From assembly GCA_963720645.1 (NCBI GenBank), contig CAVRFX010000021.1:221313-285312 (forward strand): DNA of 64,000 nt, read 5' to 3'. The stretch is from an uncultured Actinomycetes bacterium (GTDB lineage Bacteria > Actinomycetota > Actinomycetes > Streptosporangiales > Streptosporangiaceae). The translations under genes were made by a program, and so were the position numbers. Under the pieces are notes generated by a model that did no database searches, was not told the origin of the DNA, and saw only the letters and a list, made by a program, of their open reading frames with translations. Below are positions 14,248-23,973 of this stretch, one piece after another. The stretch's first letter is position 1. Each line of letters opens with the position of its first letter.

Positions 14248-14254
14248 GGGCCCG

Positions 14255-15262
14255 CTACCAGGGACCGTGCCCCTGGTTGGCGGCGCGCAGCGTGCTGACG
14301 TAGCCGGCCCGCTGGTACGCGGAGCCGGCGATGTCGGCCGGGGCGGCCAGCTTCCCGCGCAGGCTGGCCACACTGTCGAACCCGTGCCGCTCCATCCACG
14401 CCTCGACGCCGTCGAGCAGGGAAGCGGCGTAGCCGGGCCCGTGCCGCAGCAGCGCCGACGTCGTCATGACCACGTCCGCGCCGGCCAGCAGGTAGGCCGC
14501 CACATCGCCCGGCCCGCTGACCCCGGTGCTGGCGGCCAGCGAGGCCCGGACCCGTCCGGCCAGCCGGGCGATCCAGGCCCGGGGCAGCCGTCCCTCGGCC
14601 GGGTTGGACAGCCCGAACCCCACCGTGATCGTGAGCGCCTCCGGGTCGATGTCGGGCTGGATGAACCGGTTGAACAGCACCAGGCCGTCCGTGCCCACCC
14701 CGTCCAGGCGCAGCGCCATCTCCCCGGGCGAGCTGAAGTACGGGCTGAGCTTCACCGCCACCGGCACGGTCACCACGGCCTTGACCGTGGTCACGATCTC
14801 CACGTGGCGTTGCTCGACGTCGCGGCCCGGGATCATCGGGTCGCCGGGCAGGTGGTAGATGTTCAGCTCGATGGCGGCCGCGCCCGCGTCCTGCAGGGAC
14901 GCCGCGTAGTCCGTCCACCCCCCGGTCGTGACCCCGTTGAGGCTGGCGATGACCGGCACGTCAACGGCGGCCGCGGCCCGTTCCACCAGGTTCAGGTAGC
15001 GGCGGGGCATCACCTCGGCCTCGGCCTCGGCCGGGAAGTAGGACAGCGATTCCGCGAAGCTCTCGGTGCCCGCGTCCGCCAGGGCCTCATTCCGCGCCAT
15101 CTCACGCTCGAGTTCCTCCTCGAACAGGGACGGGAGCACCACGGCGGCCACCCCGGCGTCCGCCAGCGCGCGGACCCCGTCGACGGTGCCCGCCAGCGGC
15201 GACGCGGAGGCGATCAGGGGGTTGCGCAGGTCCAGGCCCAGGTAGCGGCTGGTCAGATCCAT
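14255..15262 (-). CDS. dihydroorotate dehydrogenase-like TIM-barrel protein
   Basis: MDLTSRYLGLDLRNPLIASASPL ... IELNIY ... VAVKLSPYF. GGAAGGA SD is present. Confidence 0.85.
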   Translation of the reverse strand: MDLTSRYLGLDLRNPLIASASPLAGTVDGVRALADAGVAAVVLPSLFEEELEREMARNEALADAGTESFAESLSYFPAEAEAEVMPRRYLNLVERAAAAVDVPVIASLNGVTTGGWTDYAASLQDAGAAAIELNIYHLPGDPMIPGRDVEQRHVEIVTTVKAVVTVPVAVKLSPYFSSPGEMALRLDGVGTDGLVLFNRFIQPDIDPEALTITVGFGLSNPAEGRLPRAWIARLAGRVRASLAASTGVSGPGDVAAYLLAGADVVMTTSALLRHGPGYAASLLDGVEAWMERHGFDSVASLRGKLAAPADIAGSAYQRAGYVSTLRAANQGHGPW

Positions 15263-15343
15263 CGGTGTCCTTCCGCGCCGGCCAGCGGGCCAGGCGCTGG
15301 CCCGCTGGTACTCACCGTAGTCTCTTGCGGGGTCCGTGGATGA

Positions 15344-15847
15344 TCACTCGGCGGCGGCCGTCTCGGCGGGCCGGGCGGTCTGGGCCTGCCGGGCCGGCTC
15401 TGCGCTGGCCACGGCGGCCTGCGCGGCCGGGCGCGGCACGATCAGCACCGGCCGGTGCGACCCGTGCAGCAGCCGGTGGGACACGCTGCCCAGCGGCAGA
15501 TGCGGCAGGTCGTGGCGCCCGCGTGCGCCCAGCACGATGATCCGGGCGTCGAGGTCGTCGGCAATCTCCAGGATCCTCCGGGAGATATGCCCGAACTCGG
15601 CTTCGCGGATGTATCCGTCGGCGGAGATTCCCGCGGAGCGCAGGTCATTCACGATGCCGGTGACGAGTTGCTCGCCTTCACCGTCGGCGCAGTCCACCCG
15701 GATCCGGCCGAACCGGCCCACGGCGAACTCGTGCACGTGCAGGACCACGACCTGGTCACCGCTGTCCTTGCTCAGCTCACGGGTCATGTCCGCGGCCGCC
15801 TGAACGTGGCGGGCAGCGTCCACGGCCAGCAGGATCGTCTTGTTCAT
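15344..15847 (-). CDS. universal stress protein
   Basis: MNKTILLAVDAARHVQAAADMTRELS...VVVLHVHE...IIVLGARGRHDL..LGSVSHRLLHGSHRPVLIV. Confidence 0.85.
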   Translation of the reverse strand: MNKTILLAVDAARHVQAAADMTRELSKDSGDQVVVLHVHEFAVGRFGRIRVDCADGEGEQLVTGIVNDLRSAGISADGYIREAEFGHISRRILEIADDLDARIIVLGARGRHDLPHLPLGSVSHRLLHGSHRPVLIVPRPAAQAAVASAEPARQAQTARPAETAAAE

Positions 15848-16172
15848 GATCTCTCCTCGGAGGCTGGCACCTGCTTCTAGCAGACACCCTCCGGGGCAGC
15901 CGGGCCAGGGACGAAGGTGACCGTGAGGCCGGGACTTCCGGCCGGTTCGCGGTCACGCCAAAGGCCCGCGCTCAGCGCGGGCCTTCGGCGGCACCCGCCG
16001 CACCGCGGACCTGTGTGGCGCCGGGAGGATCTCCGTCCTGGCGACGGTGGGTCTTGCGGTCCCACGAGACCGCCTCATCCCGTCAGCTCCCGGCAGGCCT
16101 GCCACCGCCCTTTGGTCCCCGCACGGCGGGTGTCACAACAGCTACGGTGCTCCGTTCTCGCCATGGCAGGCA

Positions 16173-16208
16173 GGGTCCTTGGGCCCGGGATCCCAGGACC
16201 CTGGTCCC
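16173..16208. promoter_or_regulatory. two adjacent DosR-box-like palindromes (GGGTCCTTGGGCCC and AGGACCCTGGTCCC) upstream of the tandem-Usp gene
   Basis: Read directly; 115-150 bp upstream of ATG 16323. Confidence 0.4.
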
Positions 16209-16322
16209 GCGGGGGCGGCGACGCCTCCGGGCGGGCTGAGGCCGAAGGGTGGTGGCTTTCTGCCGCCTTCGCGGCCAGGCTGGATAATGATCAGGGTAAG
16301 GACAGCCGCTGGGAGGGCAACC

Positions 16323-17159
16323 ATGGCGATGAAGCCAGTAATTGTGGGCACGGATGGTTCGCAGGAGTCGCTGCGGGCGGCGGAGTGGGCGGCCCGCGAG
16401 GCGGCGCTCCGCGGGGCGCCGCTCCGGATTGTGGCCATCCCGGTGCTGCCGCCGCGGATGGCCCCTAACCCGGCGACCCCTGACACGGTGGCCGGCATGA
16501 TTGAGCATTCGATGAACCGGGCCCTGGCCGCGGCGGCGCAGCAGGCCGCAGCGCTGGAGCCGGACCTGGGGATTGAGACGCAGCTGCTGGAGGGGTCGCC
16601 GGCCGAGGTCCTGGTCGCGGCGGGCCAGGATGCCTCGATGCTGGTCCTGGGTTCCCGGGGGGCCGGCGGATTCAGCGCGATGATCCTCGGCTCGGTGAGC
16701 AGGTATGTGGCGACGCACGCCCCGGTCCCGGTCGTGGTGGCCCGCGAGGAGATCACGGCGGAGCATCGCGAGATCGTGGTCGGGGTCCGTGACCCCGCCC
16801 ACTGCGCGGCCGCCCTGGGGTTCGCCTTCGAGGAGGCGGCGCTGCGCAAGGCGCGGCTGCTCGTCCTGCACGCCTGGTCGTGGTCGGTGCCGGGGCACTC
16901 GGAAGTGGCCGCGGAGGAGAACACCCGGCTGGAGAGCGCGGTGAGCACCTGGCGGGAGAAGTTCCCGGACGTGGAGGCACGCTGGGAAGTGATGCACGCG
17001 CACCCGGGCCGCGTCCTGGCGGGCTCGTCGGCCCGGGCTGACCTGGTGGTGCTGGGGCGGCACGCACCGGGTGACTCGCGCGTTCCGGGGGTCGGTTCGG
17101 TCACCCATGCCGTGCTGAGCCACGCGCACGGCCCCGTGGTCTCGGTTCCCGGGGACTAG
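16323..17159 (+). CDS. universal stress protein, tandem Usp domains
   Basis: MAMKPVIVGTDGSQESLRAAEWAAREA ... MLVLGSRGAGGFSAMILGSVSRYVATHAPVPVVV, then a second Usp domain (IVVGVRD...LVVLGRH...GSVTHAVLSHAHGPVV). GGGAGGG SD is present. Confidence 0.85.
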   Translation: MAMKPVIVGTDGSQESLRAAEWAAREAALRGAPLRIVAIPVLPPRMAPNPATPDTVAGMIEHSMNRALAAAAQQAAALEPDLGIETQLLEGSPAEVLVAAGQDASMLVLGSRGAGGFSAMILGSVSRYVATHAPVPVVVAREEITAEHREIVVGVRDPAHCAAALGFAFEEAALRKARLLVLHAWSWSVPGHSEVAAEENTRLESAVSTWREKFPDVEARWEVMHAHPGRVLAGSSARADLVVLGRHAPGDSRVPGVGSVTHAVLSHAHGPVVSVPGD

Positions 17160-17173
17160 CGCCGGACCGGGGT

Positions 17174-17554
17174 CTAATCAGCCGCCTGGTCCGGCAGGGC
17201 CGCGGTGGTCAGCCAGTCGGCCGCGTCGTGGCCGAGGGTCTGGACGGCCGCCCCGGCCTGGGCCAGTGCCGCCTGAGAGGCGCGGTAGTGGTGCCCGCAG
17301 AGCCACAGGTCCACCGGGTGGGGCCGGGTCGTGGTGGCCGGCATGATGACCTTGACCTGTGGTTTCGCCGGGCAGCAGCAGGACCGGGTGGTGGCGGCCG
17401 GCCCGGCGCCGGTTTCACCGGCCGCAGGGCACTGCCGGCCGGATGCCCGGCGGCGGCAGCGCGCTGGGCGGCGGTTTGTGTCGCGCCTGGCTGCACGTGT
17501 TTCCGGAACATGTCTCCAGCGTCGCACCCCGGCCGCCCGCCCGGGCAGGGACAT
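17174..17554 (-). CDS. small hypothetical protein, Cys-rich (C..C ... LCGHH motif)
   Basis: The C-terminal 60 aa (CCCPAKPQVKVIMPATTTRPHPVDLWLCGHHYRASQAALAQAG) resemble a small conserved actinobacterial family. The start is very uncertain. Confidence 0.35.
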   Translation of the reverse strand: MSLPGRAAGVRRWRHVPETRAARRDTNRRPARCRRRASGRQCPAAGETGAGPAATTRSCCCPAKPQVKVIMPATTTRPHPVDLWLCGHHYRASQAALAQAGAAVQTLGHDAADWLTTAALPDQAAD

Positions 17555-17600
17555 TGCTCCCGGGCGTCAGGGGCCAAAGGCCCGGGTGCGGCCTATCGCC

Positions 17601-18137
17601 TCACCTGGGCCGCCCCACCCCGGGCACCGCCCGGCCGTTCTCCAGGTAGCAGAGGCCGCCGGAGGCCAGCGCGGCCTTGACCCGCCGCCGGATGGGCTTG
17701 CGCAGCAGGTCCAGGGCGGCCCGGGGCGGCTCGATCCGGTACTGCGAGATTTCCTCCGGCTGCAGCGTGATCGCGGCGAGGTCTTTGTCCGGCAGCGCGC
17801 CGCAGTCGAACAGGAACCGCAGGCCGCCTGGCTTGCCCGGGCGGGGCGGCCGGAAATCCACGCACGCGAGGCGGCCCCGGTGCACGGTCAGGCCGCATTC
17901 CTCGTGCACTTCACGCTGGCAGGCCGCCCACGGGGTCTCCCCGCCGGCCTCCATGACGCCGCCCGGGATGGTCCACCCGGATTTGTAGACCGGCTTGAGG
18001 ATGAGCAGCCGCCCGGCCCGGTCGAAGATCAGGGCCCCGGCGGAGGCTGGGATGGCCGGGAGCGGCTCGCCGTCCAGTAGGGCGGTCACGGAGACCACGC
18101 TACGGCCCCCCGGGGTCGCGGGCGCGCAGTAGGTCAT
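17601..18137 (-). CDS. NUDIX hydrolase
   Basis: Nudix box GGVMEAGGETPWAACQREVHEECGL. Its ATG overlaps the stop of the upstream gene (ATGA at 18134-18137). Confidence 0.85.
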   Translation of the reverse strand: MTYCAPATPGGRSVVSVTALLDGEPLPAIPASAGALIFDRAGRLLILKPVYKSGWTIPGGVMEAGGETPWAACQREVHEECGLTVHRGRLACVDFRPPRPGKPGGLRFLFDCGALPDKDLAAITLQPEEISQYRIEPPRAALDLLRKPIRRRVKAALASGGLCYLENGRAVPGVGRPR

Positions 18138-18889
18138 CGCGCCACGAGGGGTGCGGCGACCCGGAGGACCTCGGCGAGCGGCCGCCGGAGGGTGGCCGGT
18201 CCGGGCCGTCCGTAACCCATCCTAAGCGTCAGCTGCGAATGCCGGCCGCCCAGGCCGGGTCCCCGGCCGGCCGGGCGGACGCGGACGTCCAGCGCTTCAT
18301 GCAGCGGGCCGGCGACGACGCCGTGCTGGGTGGCGAGCAGCAGGAGCCGTTCCAGCGCCTGCCCGGCCCGCAGCCAGTCCGCCCGGCCGTTGGCGGCGGT
18401 CGCGAGCAAGGCCTCCTCGCCGCACGGGAACAGCTCCGTGCCCTCCAGCGCCGCGGCCTCGGCCAGCGCGGCCAGCAGCGACGGGCGCAGCGGGGGCCCG
18501 GTCCGGGGAACCTGGCCGGAGTGCCGCCGCCACAGCGCGGCGCACAGGTCGAGTTCCCGGGTCCGGGGGCGGTGCGGGCCGGCCAGCCGCACCGTGGCCA
18601 GCAGCCGGGGCTCGGCGGGATCCGGGAGCAGCCGGGTGACCGGCTCGGCTCCCGCGCAGGTGACGGCCAGGCGCAGGTTGAACAGCGCCGCCCCGCAGGA
18701 AATGTGCGCCGCGCGCCCGTCCGGGTCGGCCTGGGGCGGCATCCGGGCGGGCTCCGCGTACAGCTCGATAACCGGGTCGTCCGGGCTCACCTGGAAGCAC
18801 CACGGCTGGGTGTTGCGGAACGACGGCGCCGTGGTCGCAGCCTCCACGAGCAGCCCGGCCAGCCGCGGTGTCAGGCGCAGATCGCCCAT
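18134..18889 (-). CDS. Acg-like nitroreductase-fold protein
   Basis: LLVEAATTAPSFRNTQPWCFQV...AHISCGAALFNLRLA. Trimmed to ATG 18889, which is preceded by GGAGAAGG. It is shorter than typical Acg proteins. Confidence 0.7.
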   Translation of the reverse strand: MGDLRLTPRLAGLLVEAATTAPSFRNTQPWCFQVSPDDPVIELYAEPARMPPQADPDGRAAHISCGAALFNLRLAVTCAGAEPVTRLLPDPAEPRLLATVRLAGPHRPRTRELDLCAALWRRHSGQVPRTGPPLRPSLLAALAEAAALEGTELFPCGEEALLATAANGRADWLRAGQALERLLLLATQHGVVAGPLHEALDVRVRPAGRGPGLGGRHSQLTLRMGYGRPGPATLRRPLAEVLRVAAPLVAR

Positions 18890-18963
18890 GGCGTCCTTCT
18901 CCGATCCTCGCTGACCGACGAGTACGTCCTGTCTAGGATCGCTGTGCCCCGGCCGCCCCGGCA

Positions 18964-18977
18964 GGGCCTTTGGTCCC
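18964..18977. promoter_or_regulatory. DosR-box-like palindrome GGGCCTTTGGTCCC upstream of the Acg-like/Nudix operon
   Basis: 5+4+5 architecture. It has 3 mismatches to the core GGGACTWWAGTCCC of the M. tuberculosis DosR consensus and lies 75 bp upstream of ATG 18889. Confidence 0.45.
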
Positions 18978-19015
18978 GGGGCGTCCCCGGCTGCTCGCCG
19001 GCATAGGCTACGGGT

Positions 19016-19135
19016 GTGCTGGGTATCCCTGACCGCAGCCGAGGCTGCCTGCTCGACCTGGACGGTGTGCTCACCCGGACGGCCACGGTGCACGCGGCCG
19101 CGTGGCCGGAGACCGAGCTGCTGGGCGAGCGGTGA
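19016..19135 (+). pseudogene. remnant of beta-phosphoglucomutase-type HAD hydrolase (first ~35 codons only)
   Basis: My own translation of this frame is [39 protein letters not shown]-stop. It holds HAD motif I (DLDGVLT) and the following helix, then stops. Confidence 0.5.
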
Positions 19136-21609
19136 TCCAGCACCCGGCGTTCCCCGTCGAGCCCTGGGTGCTGCGGGAGACCACCCTGCACCCCGAGATG
19201 CTGCCCCAGACCGAGTCGGTGTTCGCGCTGGCCAACGGGCACATCGGGTGGCGGGCGAACCTGGACGAGGGGGAGCCGCACGGTCTCCCGGGGACCTACC
19301 TGAACGGCGTGTACGAGCGGCGCCCGCTGCCTTACGCCGAGGCCGGCTTCGGCTTCCCGGAGTCCGGCGAGACGGTGATCAACGTCACCAACGGGAAGCT
19401 GATCCGGCTGCTCGTTGACGACGAGCCGTTCGACATCCGCTACGGCGAGCTGCTCGGCCACGAGCGGGTGCTGGACTTCCGGGCGGGCACGCTGACCCGG
19501 CGGGCCGACTGGGTGTCGCCCGCCGGGCGCCGGGTCCGGGTCAGCTCGGTCCGGCTGGTCTCGCTGACCCAGCGCTCGATCGCCGCGATCAGCTACCAGG
19601 TCGAGTCCCTGGACGGCCCGGTCCGCGTGGTGGTCCAGTCCGAGCTGGTCGCCAACGAGGAGCTGCCACCACCCGGCGGGGACCCCCGGGTCGCGGCGGT
19701 GCTCGAGGCGCCGCTGGAGGCGGTGGAGCACGGCGCCATGGACGGCCGGGTCGGGCTGATCCACCAGACCCGGCACAGCGGCCTGACGGTGGCGGCCGCG
19801 ATGCAGCACGCGGTGGCCTGCGACGCCGACACGCGCACCTGGACGCAGACCGGGCCGGACCTGGCCCGGCTCACCGTGGGCACCCGGCTCCAGCAGGGGG
19901 AGCCGCTCCGGCTGGTCAAGTTCGTGGCCTACGGCTGGTCGGGCACCCGGTCCCGGCCCGCCCTCCGCGACCAGGTGGAGGGAGCGCTCGAGGTGGCCGT
20001 GCTGGACGGCTGGGAGCGCCTGGCCGAGGAGCAGCGGGCCTACCTCGACGATTTCTGGGCCCGGGCCGACGTGGAGCTGGAGGGGGACGAGGAGATCCAG
20101 CAGGCGACCCGGTTCGGCATGTTCCACGTGCTCCAGGCGGGTGCCCGCGCGGAGGGCCGGCCCATCCCGGCCAAGGGCCTGTCCGGCAACGGCTACGACG
20201 GCCACTCGTTCTGGGACGCCGAGACGTTCGTGCTGCCCGTGCTCACCCACACCGTCCCGGACGCCGCAGCCCATGAGCTGCGCTGGCGGCAGAGCACCCT
20301 GCCCGCCGCCCTTGACCGGGCCGCCCAGCTCGGGCTGCGCGGGGCGGCCTTCCCGTGGCGCACGGTCAGCGGCGCCGAGTGCTCAGGCTACTGGCCCGCC
20401 GGGACCGCCGCCTTCCACGTCAACGCGGACATCGCAAACGCGGCGGCCCAGTACGCCGAGGCGACCGGCGACGAACAATTTGAGAAAACGACCGGTTGTG
20501 ACCTGCTCGTGCACACGGCCCGGCTGTGGGCCTCGCTCGGCCATCACGACGGGGGCGGCACGTTCCGGATCGACGGGGTCACCGGGCCGGACGAGTACAG
20601 CGCGATCGCGGACGACAACATCTACACGAACCTGATGGCCGCGCGGAACCTGCGGGCGGCGGCCGCGGTCGCGGAGCGTTACCCGAAGCGGGCCCGGGAG
20701 CTGCGGGTCTCCGCGGAGGAGATGGCCGCCTGGCGGGCCGCGGCGGACGGCGTCGTGATGCCCTACGACGCGGGGCGCGGCGTGCACTGCCAGGCGGAGG
20801 GGTTCACCGACCACCAGGTGTGGGACTTCGCCCGGACCAGCCCGGAGGAGTATCCGCTGCTGGCCCATTTCCCGTACTTCGACCTGTACCGCAAGCAGGT
20901 GGTCAAGCAGGCCGACCTGGTGCTGGCCATCCAGATGTGCCCCGACGAGTTCACCGACGAGGAAAAGGCCCGGGACTTCGAGTACTACGAGGCGCTCACG
21001 GTCCGGGACTCCTCGCTGTCCGCGTGCAGCCAGGCGATCGTCGCCGCGGACACCGGCCACCTCGACCTGGCCTACGACTACCTGGCCGAGACGGCCCTGA
21101 TGGACCTGGCCGACCTGGAGCACAACACCCGGGACGGCCTGCACATCGCGGCGCTCGCCGGGGCGTGGCTCGTGCTGGTCCAGGGGTTCGGCGGGATGCG
21201 GTACCGGCCGGGCCACGCGCCCAGCTTCGCGCCACGGCTCCCCGCGGCGCTGACCCGGCTCACGTTCACCGTCGTACTGCGCGGCCGTAGCCTGCGGGTC
21301 GAGGTCATGCCGGCCAGCGTCACCTACATCCTCGACGGTGCCGGACCACCGCTCGAGATCACCCACCACGGGACGCCGGTCACGGTGGCACCCGGCGAGC
21401 CGGAGACCCGGGACATCCCCCGGCAGGCCGCCCGGCCCCGCCCGTCCCAGCCCACCGGGCGGGAACCCGTGCGCCGGACCCATGACGAGCCCATGCGCCA
21501 CCGGGGCAGCAAGCCAGACGGGCAGGCCGGGACCGGCAGGCGGTCAAAGGCGGCCAGGCCAGCCGAACCGGCCCAGCCGGCGGGTCAGGCTGCGCCGGCC
21601 GGGCCGTGA
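19132..21609 (+). CDS. glycoside hydrolase family 65 (trehalose/maltose/kojibiose phosphorylase-like)
   Basis: [44 protein letters not shown] ... [13 protein letters not shown]. Start is GTG 19132 or 19102. The Pro/Ala/Arg-rich C-terminal tail is of doubtful reality. Confidence 0.9.
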   Translation: MIQHPAFPVEPWVLRETTLHPEMLPQTESVFALANGHIGWRANLDEGEPHGLPGTYLNGVYERRPLPYAEAGFGFPESGETVINVTNGKLIRLLVDDEPFDIRYGELLGHERVLDFRAGTLTRRADWVSPAGRRVRVSSVRLVSLTQRSIAAISYQVESLDGPVRVVVQSELVANEELPPPGGDPRVAAVLEAPLEAVEHGAMDGRVGLIHQTRHSGLTVAAAMQHAVACDADTRTWTQTGPDLARLTVGTRLQQGEPLRLVKFVAYGWSGTRSRPALRDQVEGALEVAVLDGWERLAEEQRAYLDDFWARADVELEGDEEIQQATRFGMFHVLQAGARAEGRPIPAKGLSGNGYDGHSFWDAETFVLPVLTHTVPDAAAHELRWRQSTLPAALDRAAQLGLRGAAFPWRTVSGAECSGYWPAGTAAFHVNADIANAAAQYAEATGDEQFEKTTGCDLLVHTARLWASLGHHDGGGTFRIDGVTGPDEYSAIADDNIYTNLMAARNLRAAAAVAERYPKRARELRVSAEEMAAWRAAADGVVMPYDAGRGVHCQAEGFTDHQVWDFARTSPEEYPLLAHFPYFDLYRKQVVKQADLVLAIQMCPDEFTDEEKARDFEYYEALTVRDSSLSACSQAIVAADTGHLDLAYDYLAETALMDLADLEHNTRDGLHIAALAGAWLVLVQGFGGMRYRPGHAPSFAPRLPAALTRLTFTVVLRGRSLRVEVMPASVTYILDGAGPPLEITHHGTPVTVAPGEPETRDIPRQAARPRPSQPTGREPVRRTHDEPMRHRGSKPDGQAGTGRRSKAARPAEPAQPAGQAAPAGP

Positions 21610-21617
21610 CGGTCAGG

Positions 21618-22322
21618 TCAGCTGCCGATCCGCCGGCCGCTGACCCGATGGGGATGGATCTGGACGTACACGTCGCGGGCCCCTCCGGCCCAGGGCTGCA
21701 CGTGCGTGCGGGCCTCGAGGCGGCGGACCTGCTCTTCCTTCTTGACCTCGGTGGCGTGCCCGACGAGCAGCACGCTCCAGCCCTGGCTCATGGCCTCATC
21801 GAGGCGGTCCACCTCGAACGCGACCTGGCAGTCCAGCCGGGCCGCGAGCTCGGTGTCCGCGCCCGTGCGCAGCACCACCGTGTGCCCGGCCATGCCGAAG
21901 TTGACCGGCAGGACCACCGGGCCGTCGACGGTGTCGAACACGACCCGCCCGATGCCGCCGGCGGCCAGGAGTTCGTAGCACTCGGCCGGGTCGATCGACT
22001 GCAGCCGCGGCCGCTCGCCCTCCGGGCCGCCCCCGGGCGGCCGGCGATGGCCCGCTCCGAGCAGGGCTTCCGGGGTGGTCTGCAGCGCGGCGGCCAGCTG
22101 GCGCAGGGCCGCCCCCGTGGGACTGGCCGGATGGTTTTCCAGGTAGGCCAGATACGGAACGCTCATCCCGGCTCGCGCCGCAACTTCCTGCTGGGTGAGC
22201 TTGAGCTCCCTGCGCCGCTGGCACACCCGGGCGCTCAGATCGCCCGGGTCCTGAGTCGCCGGCGCGGTCCCGCCGCTGCCGATGCCCGGTCCGGTGCTTC
22301 TGGTGTCGTGCTTGGCAGTCAC
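21618..22322 (-). CDS. XRE HTH domain fused to pyridoxamine 5'-phosphate oxidase-family domain
   Basis: RRRELKLTQQEVAARAGMSVPYLAYLE, then ECYELLAAGGIGRVVFDTVDGPVVLPVNF...GWSVLLVGHA. GTG 22322 follows GGAAGGAGAG. Confidence 0.8.
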   Translation of the reverse strand: MTAKHDTRSTGPGIGSGGTAPATQDPGDLSARVCQRRRELKLTQQEVAARAGMSVPYLAYLENHPASPTGAALRQLAAALQTTPEALLGAGHRRPPGGGPEGERPRLQSIDPAECYELLAAGGIGRVVFDTVDGPVVLPVNFGMAGHTVVLRTGADTELAARLDCQVAFEVDRLDEAMSQGWSVLLVGHATEVKKEEQVRRLEARTHVQPWAGGARDVYVQIHPHRVSGRRIGS

Positions 22323-22423
22323 GGTCTCTCTCCTTCCGGCCGGCGATCCGATCTTGTGTGCCGCTGGTTTGATCCTGGCCGGACTGCGCCCCCGCTCGCA
22401 GCGGCCTGAGGTCCCGGGAAGCG

Positions 22424-22436
22424 GGGCCATTGGCCC
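22424..22436. promoter_or_regulatory. palindrome GGGCCATTGGCCC in the HTH-PNPOx/usp divergent promoter region
   Basis: Read directly. Confidence 0.3.
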
Positions 22437-22486
22437 TTGGTGCGGCCGCCCCCGGCCAGGCCAGGCTGGCGGGGGAGGATCATGCG

Positions 22487-23074
22487 ATGACGGGCGAGGC
22501 CAGGCCGGCTGGTCCGCGAATCATGACCGGGATCAACGGATCGGCGGCCTCGGCCGCCGCATTGTGCTGGGCGCTCCGGGAGGCCACGCTCCGGGGAGCC
22601 GTGCTGCAGCTGGTCCACGCCTGGCAGCCCGCAGCCCGTGGACGTGCCCCCTACGCCCCCGGGCCCTGGGCGGCTGCAGGCCGGGAAGCTGATCGTCACG
22701 CGGCGGAGGCACTGCTCGCCTCGGCGGTCCGGCACGCGTACCACGCGGCGGGCCTGGCCGCTGACGACCGGCCGGCCCTGCGGCTGGAGGCGGTCGAGGG
22801 CCTGCCCGCCAAGGTGCTGCTAGACCGCGCGTGCGGCGCGGAACTGCTCGTGCTCGGGGGCCTGACGGCGGCGCCGGGCGGTGGCGGACACCAGCCCGTC
22901 AGCCCCGTGGCCCTGGCCTGCCTGCGCGCCGCGCCGTGCCCGGTGGTGGTGGTGACCAGCCGCGTGCTGGCCAGTCCCGTGCTGGCCAGCCCCGCGGTGG
23001 CCAGTCCCGTGATCCCGGCCCAGCCGCGGGAGCTCAGCCGTCGCGGTGCTCGCGCCGGGAGCTCTGCTCGCTGA
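22487..23074 (+). CDS. universal stress protein with repeat-containing C-terminal tail
   Basis: RIMTGINGSAASAAALCWALREA...LLVLGG...CPVVVV. The tail is VLASP-VLASP-AVASP, encoded by 15-bp repeats. The 3' end overlaps the convergent regulator by 41 bp. Confidence 0.75.
   Translation: MTGEARPAGPRIMTGINGSAASAAALCWALREATLRGAVLQLVHAWQPAARGRAPYAPGPWAAAGREADRHAAEALLASAVRHAYHAAGLAADDRPALRLEAVEGLPAKVLLDRACGAELLVLGGLTAAPGGGGHQPVSPVALACLRAAPCPVVVVTSRVLASPVLASPAVASPVIPAQPRELSRRGARAGSSAR
22964..23008 (+). repeat. coding tandem repeat, 15 bp x3 (GTGCTGGCCAGYCCC) encoding VLASP/VLASP/AVASP
   Basis: Read directly at the 3' end of the Usp gene. Confidence 0.85.
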
Positions 23075-23753
23075 ACACGTGCGCGGCGTAGGCGGCGGCC
23101 TGGGCGCGGCGTTGCATGCCGAGTTTGGCGAAGAGGGCGGAGACGTAGTTCTTGACGGTTTTCTCGGCGAGGAAGAGGCGGTCGCCGATCTGGCGGTTGG
23201 TGAGGCCTTCGCCGATGAGGGCGAGGATGCGGCGTTCTTGGTCGGTGAGGCCGGCCAGCGGGTCGGCGGCGGTGGCCTGGTCGCGCATGCGGCGCATGAC
23301 GCGGCTGGCGGCTTCGGGGTCCAGCAGGGACTGGCCGGAGGCGATGGTGCGGACGGCGCCGACGAGGTCGGTGCCGCGGATCTGCTTGAGGACGTAGCCG
23401 GCGGCGCCGGCCATGATGGCGTCGAAGAGGGCTTCGTCGTCGCTGAAGCTGGTCAGCATGAGGCAGGCGAGCTGGGGCATTTTGGAGCGGATCTCGCGGC
23501 AGACGGAGACGCCGTCGCCGTCGGGGAGGCGGATGTCGAGGATGGCGACGTCGGGTTTGAGGGCGGGGATGCGCGCCAGGGCGGACGCGGCGGTGCCGGC
23601 TTCGCCGATGACGGTGATGCCGGGTTCGGCTTCGAGGAGGTCGCGGACACCCATCCGGACGATCTCATGATCATCCAGCAGGAACACCCGGATCGGCTCC
23701 GCCGGGCCGGCTGCTCCCCCCGCTGCCCCCTGATTCTTGTCCTGCTTGTCCAT
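23034..23753 (-). CDS. dosR: NarL/LuxR-family response regulator, DevR/DosR (OsdR)-like
   Basis: IRVFLLDDHEIVRMGVRDLLEAEPGITVIGEAG...KPDVAILDIRLPDGDGVSVCREIRSKMPQLACLMLTSFSDDEALFDAIMAGAAGYVLKQIRG...LTDQERRILALIGEGLTNRQIGDRLFLAEKTVKNYVSALFAKLGMQRRAQAA. This is colinear with M. tuberculosis DosR as I remember it. Confidence 0.9.
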   Translation of the reverse strand: MDKQDKNQGAAGGAAGPAEPIRVFLLDDHEIVRMGVRDLLEAEPGITVIGEAGTAASALARIPALKPDVAILDIRLPDGDGVSVCREIRSKMPQLACLMLTSFSDDEALFDAIMAGAAGYVLKQIRGTDLVGAVRTIASGQSLLDPEAASRVMRRMRDQATAADPLAGLTDQERRILALIGEGLTNRQIGDRLFLAEKTVKNYVSALFAKLGMQRRAQAAAYAAHVFSEQSSRREHRDG

Positions 23754-23818
23754 CACAGCCCCCTCGGCGCGCAGTTGCCCGTGCCGAACACCCTAGCCGC
23801 GGCAGCCGCCGGCCACGC

Positions 23819-23832
23819 GGGACCATGGCCCC
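23819..23832. promoter_or_regulatory. DosR-box-like palindrome GGGACCATGGCCCC in the dosR/usp divergent promoter region
   Basis: Read directly. A second related site, GCCCAAACGTCCC, is at 23842-23854. Confidence 0.35.
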
Positions 23833-23973
23833 CGCTGGCGTGCCCAAACGTCCCCTGCCAGCGGGCGCAGCGCCCCTAACCCGGCGCCGGCCGCGGATCT
23901 AGGGTCGGCAGTAGAAGGACCGGGAGACCGGCCGCCCGCCGGGCCCGGTGAATTGCTCGTGTCAGGAGGGGCC

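Noticed and set aside
15961-15985. Perfect 11-bp-stem hairpin AAGGCCCGCGC-TCA-GCGCGGGCCTT between the divergent usp genes.
   Set aside because: No gene ends there and there is no U-tract. It could be an sRNA terminator or a protein-binding palindrome, but I have no supporting signal.
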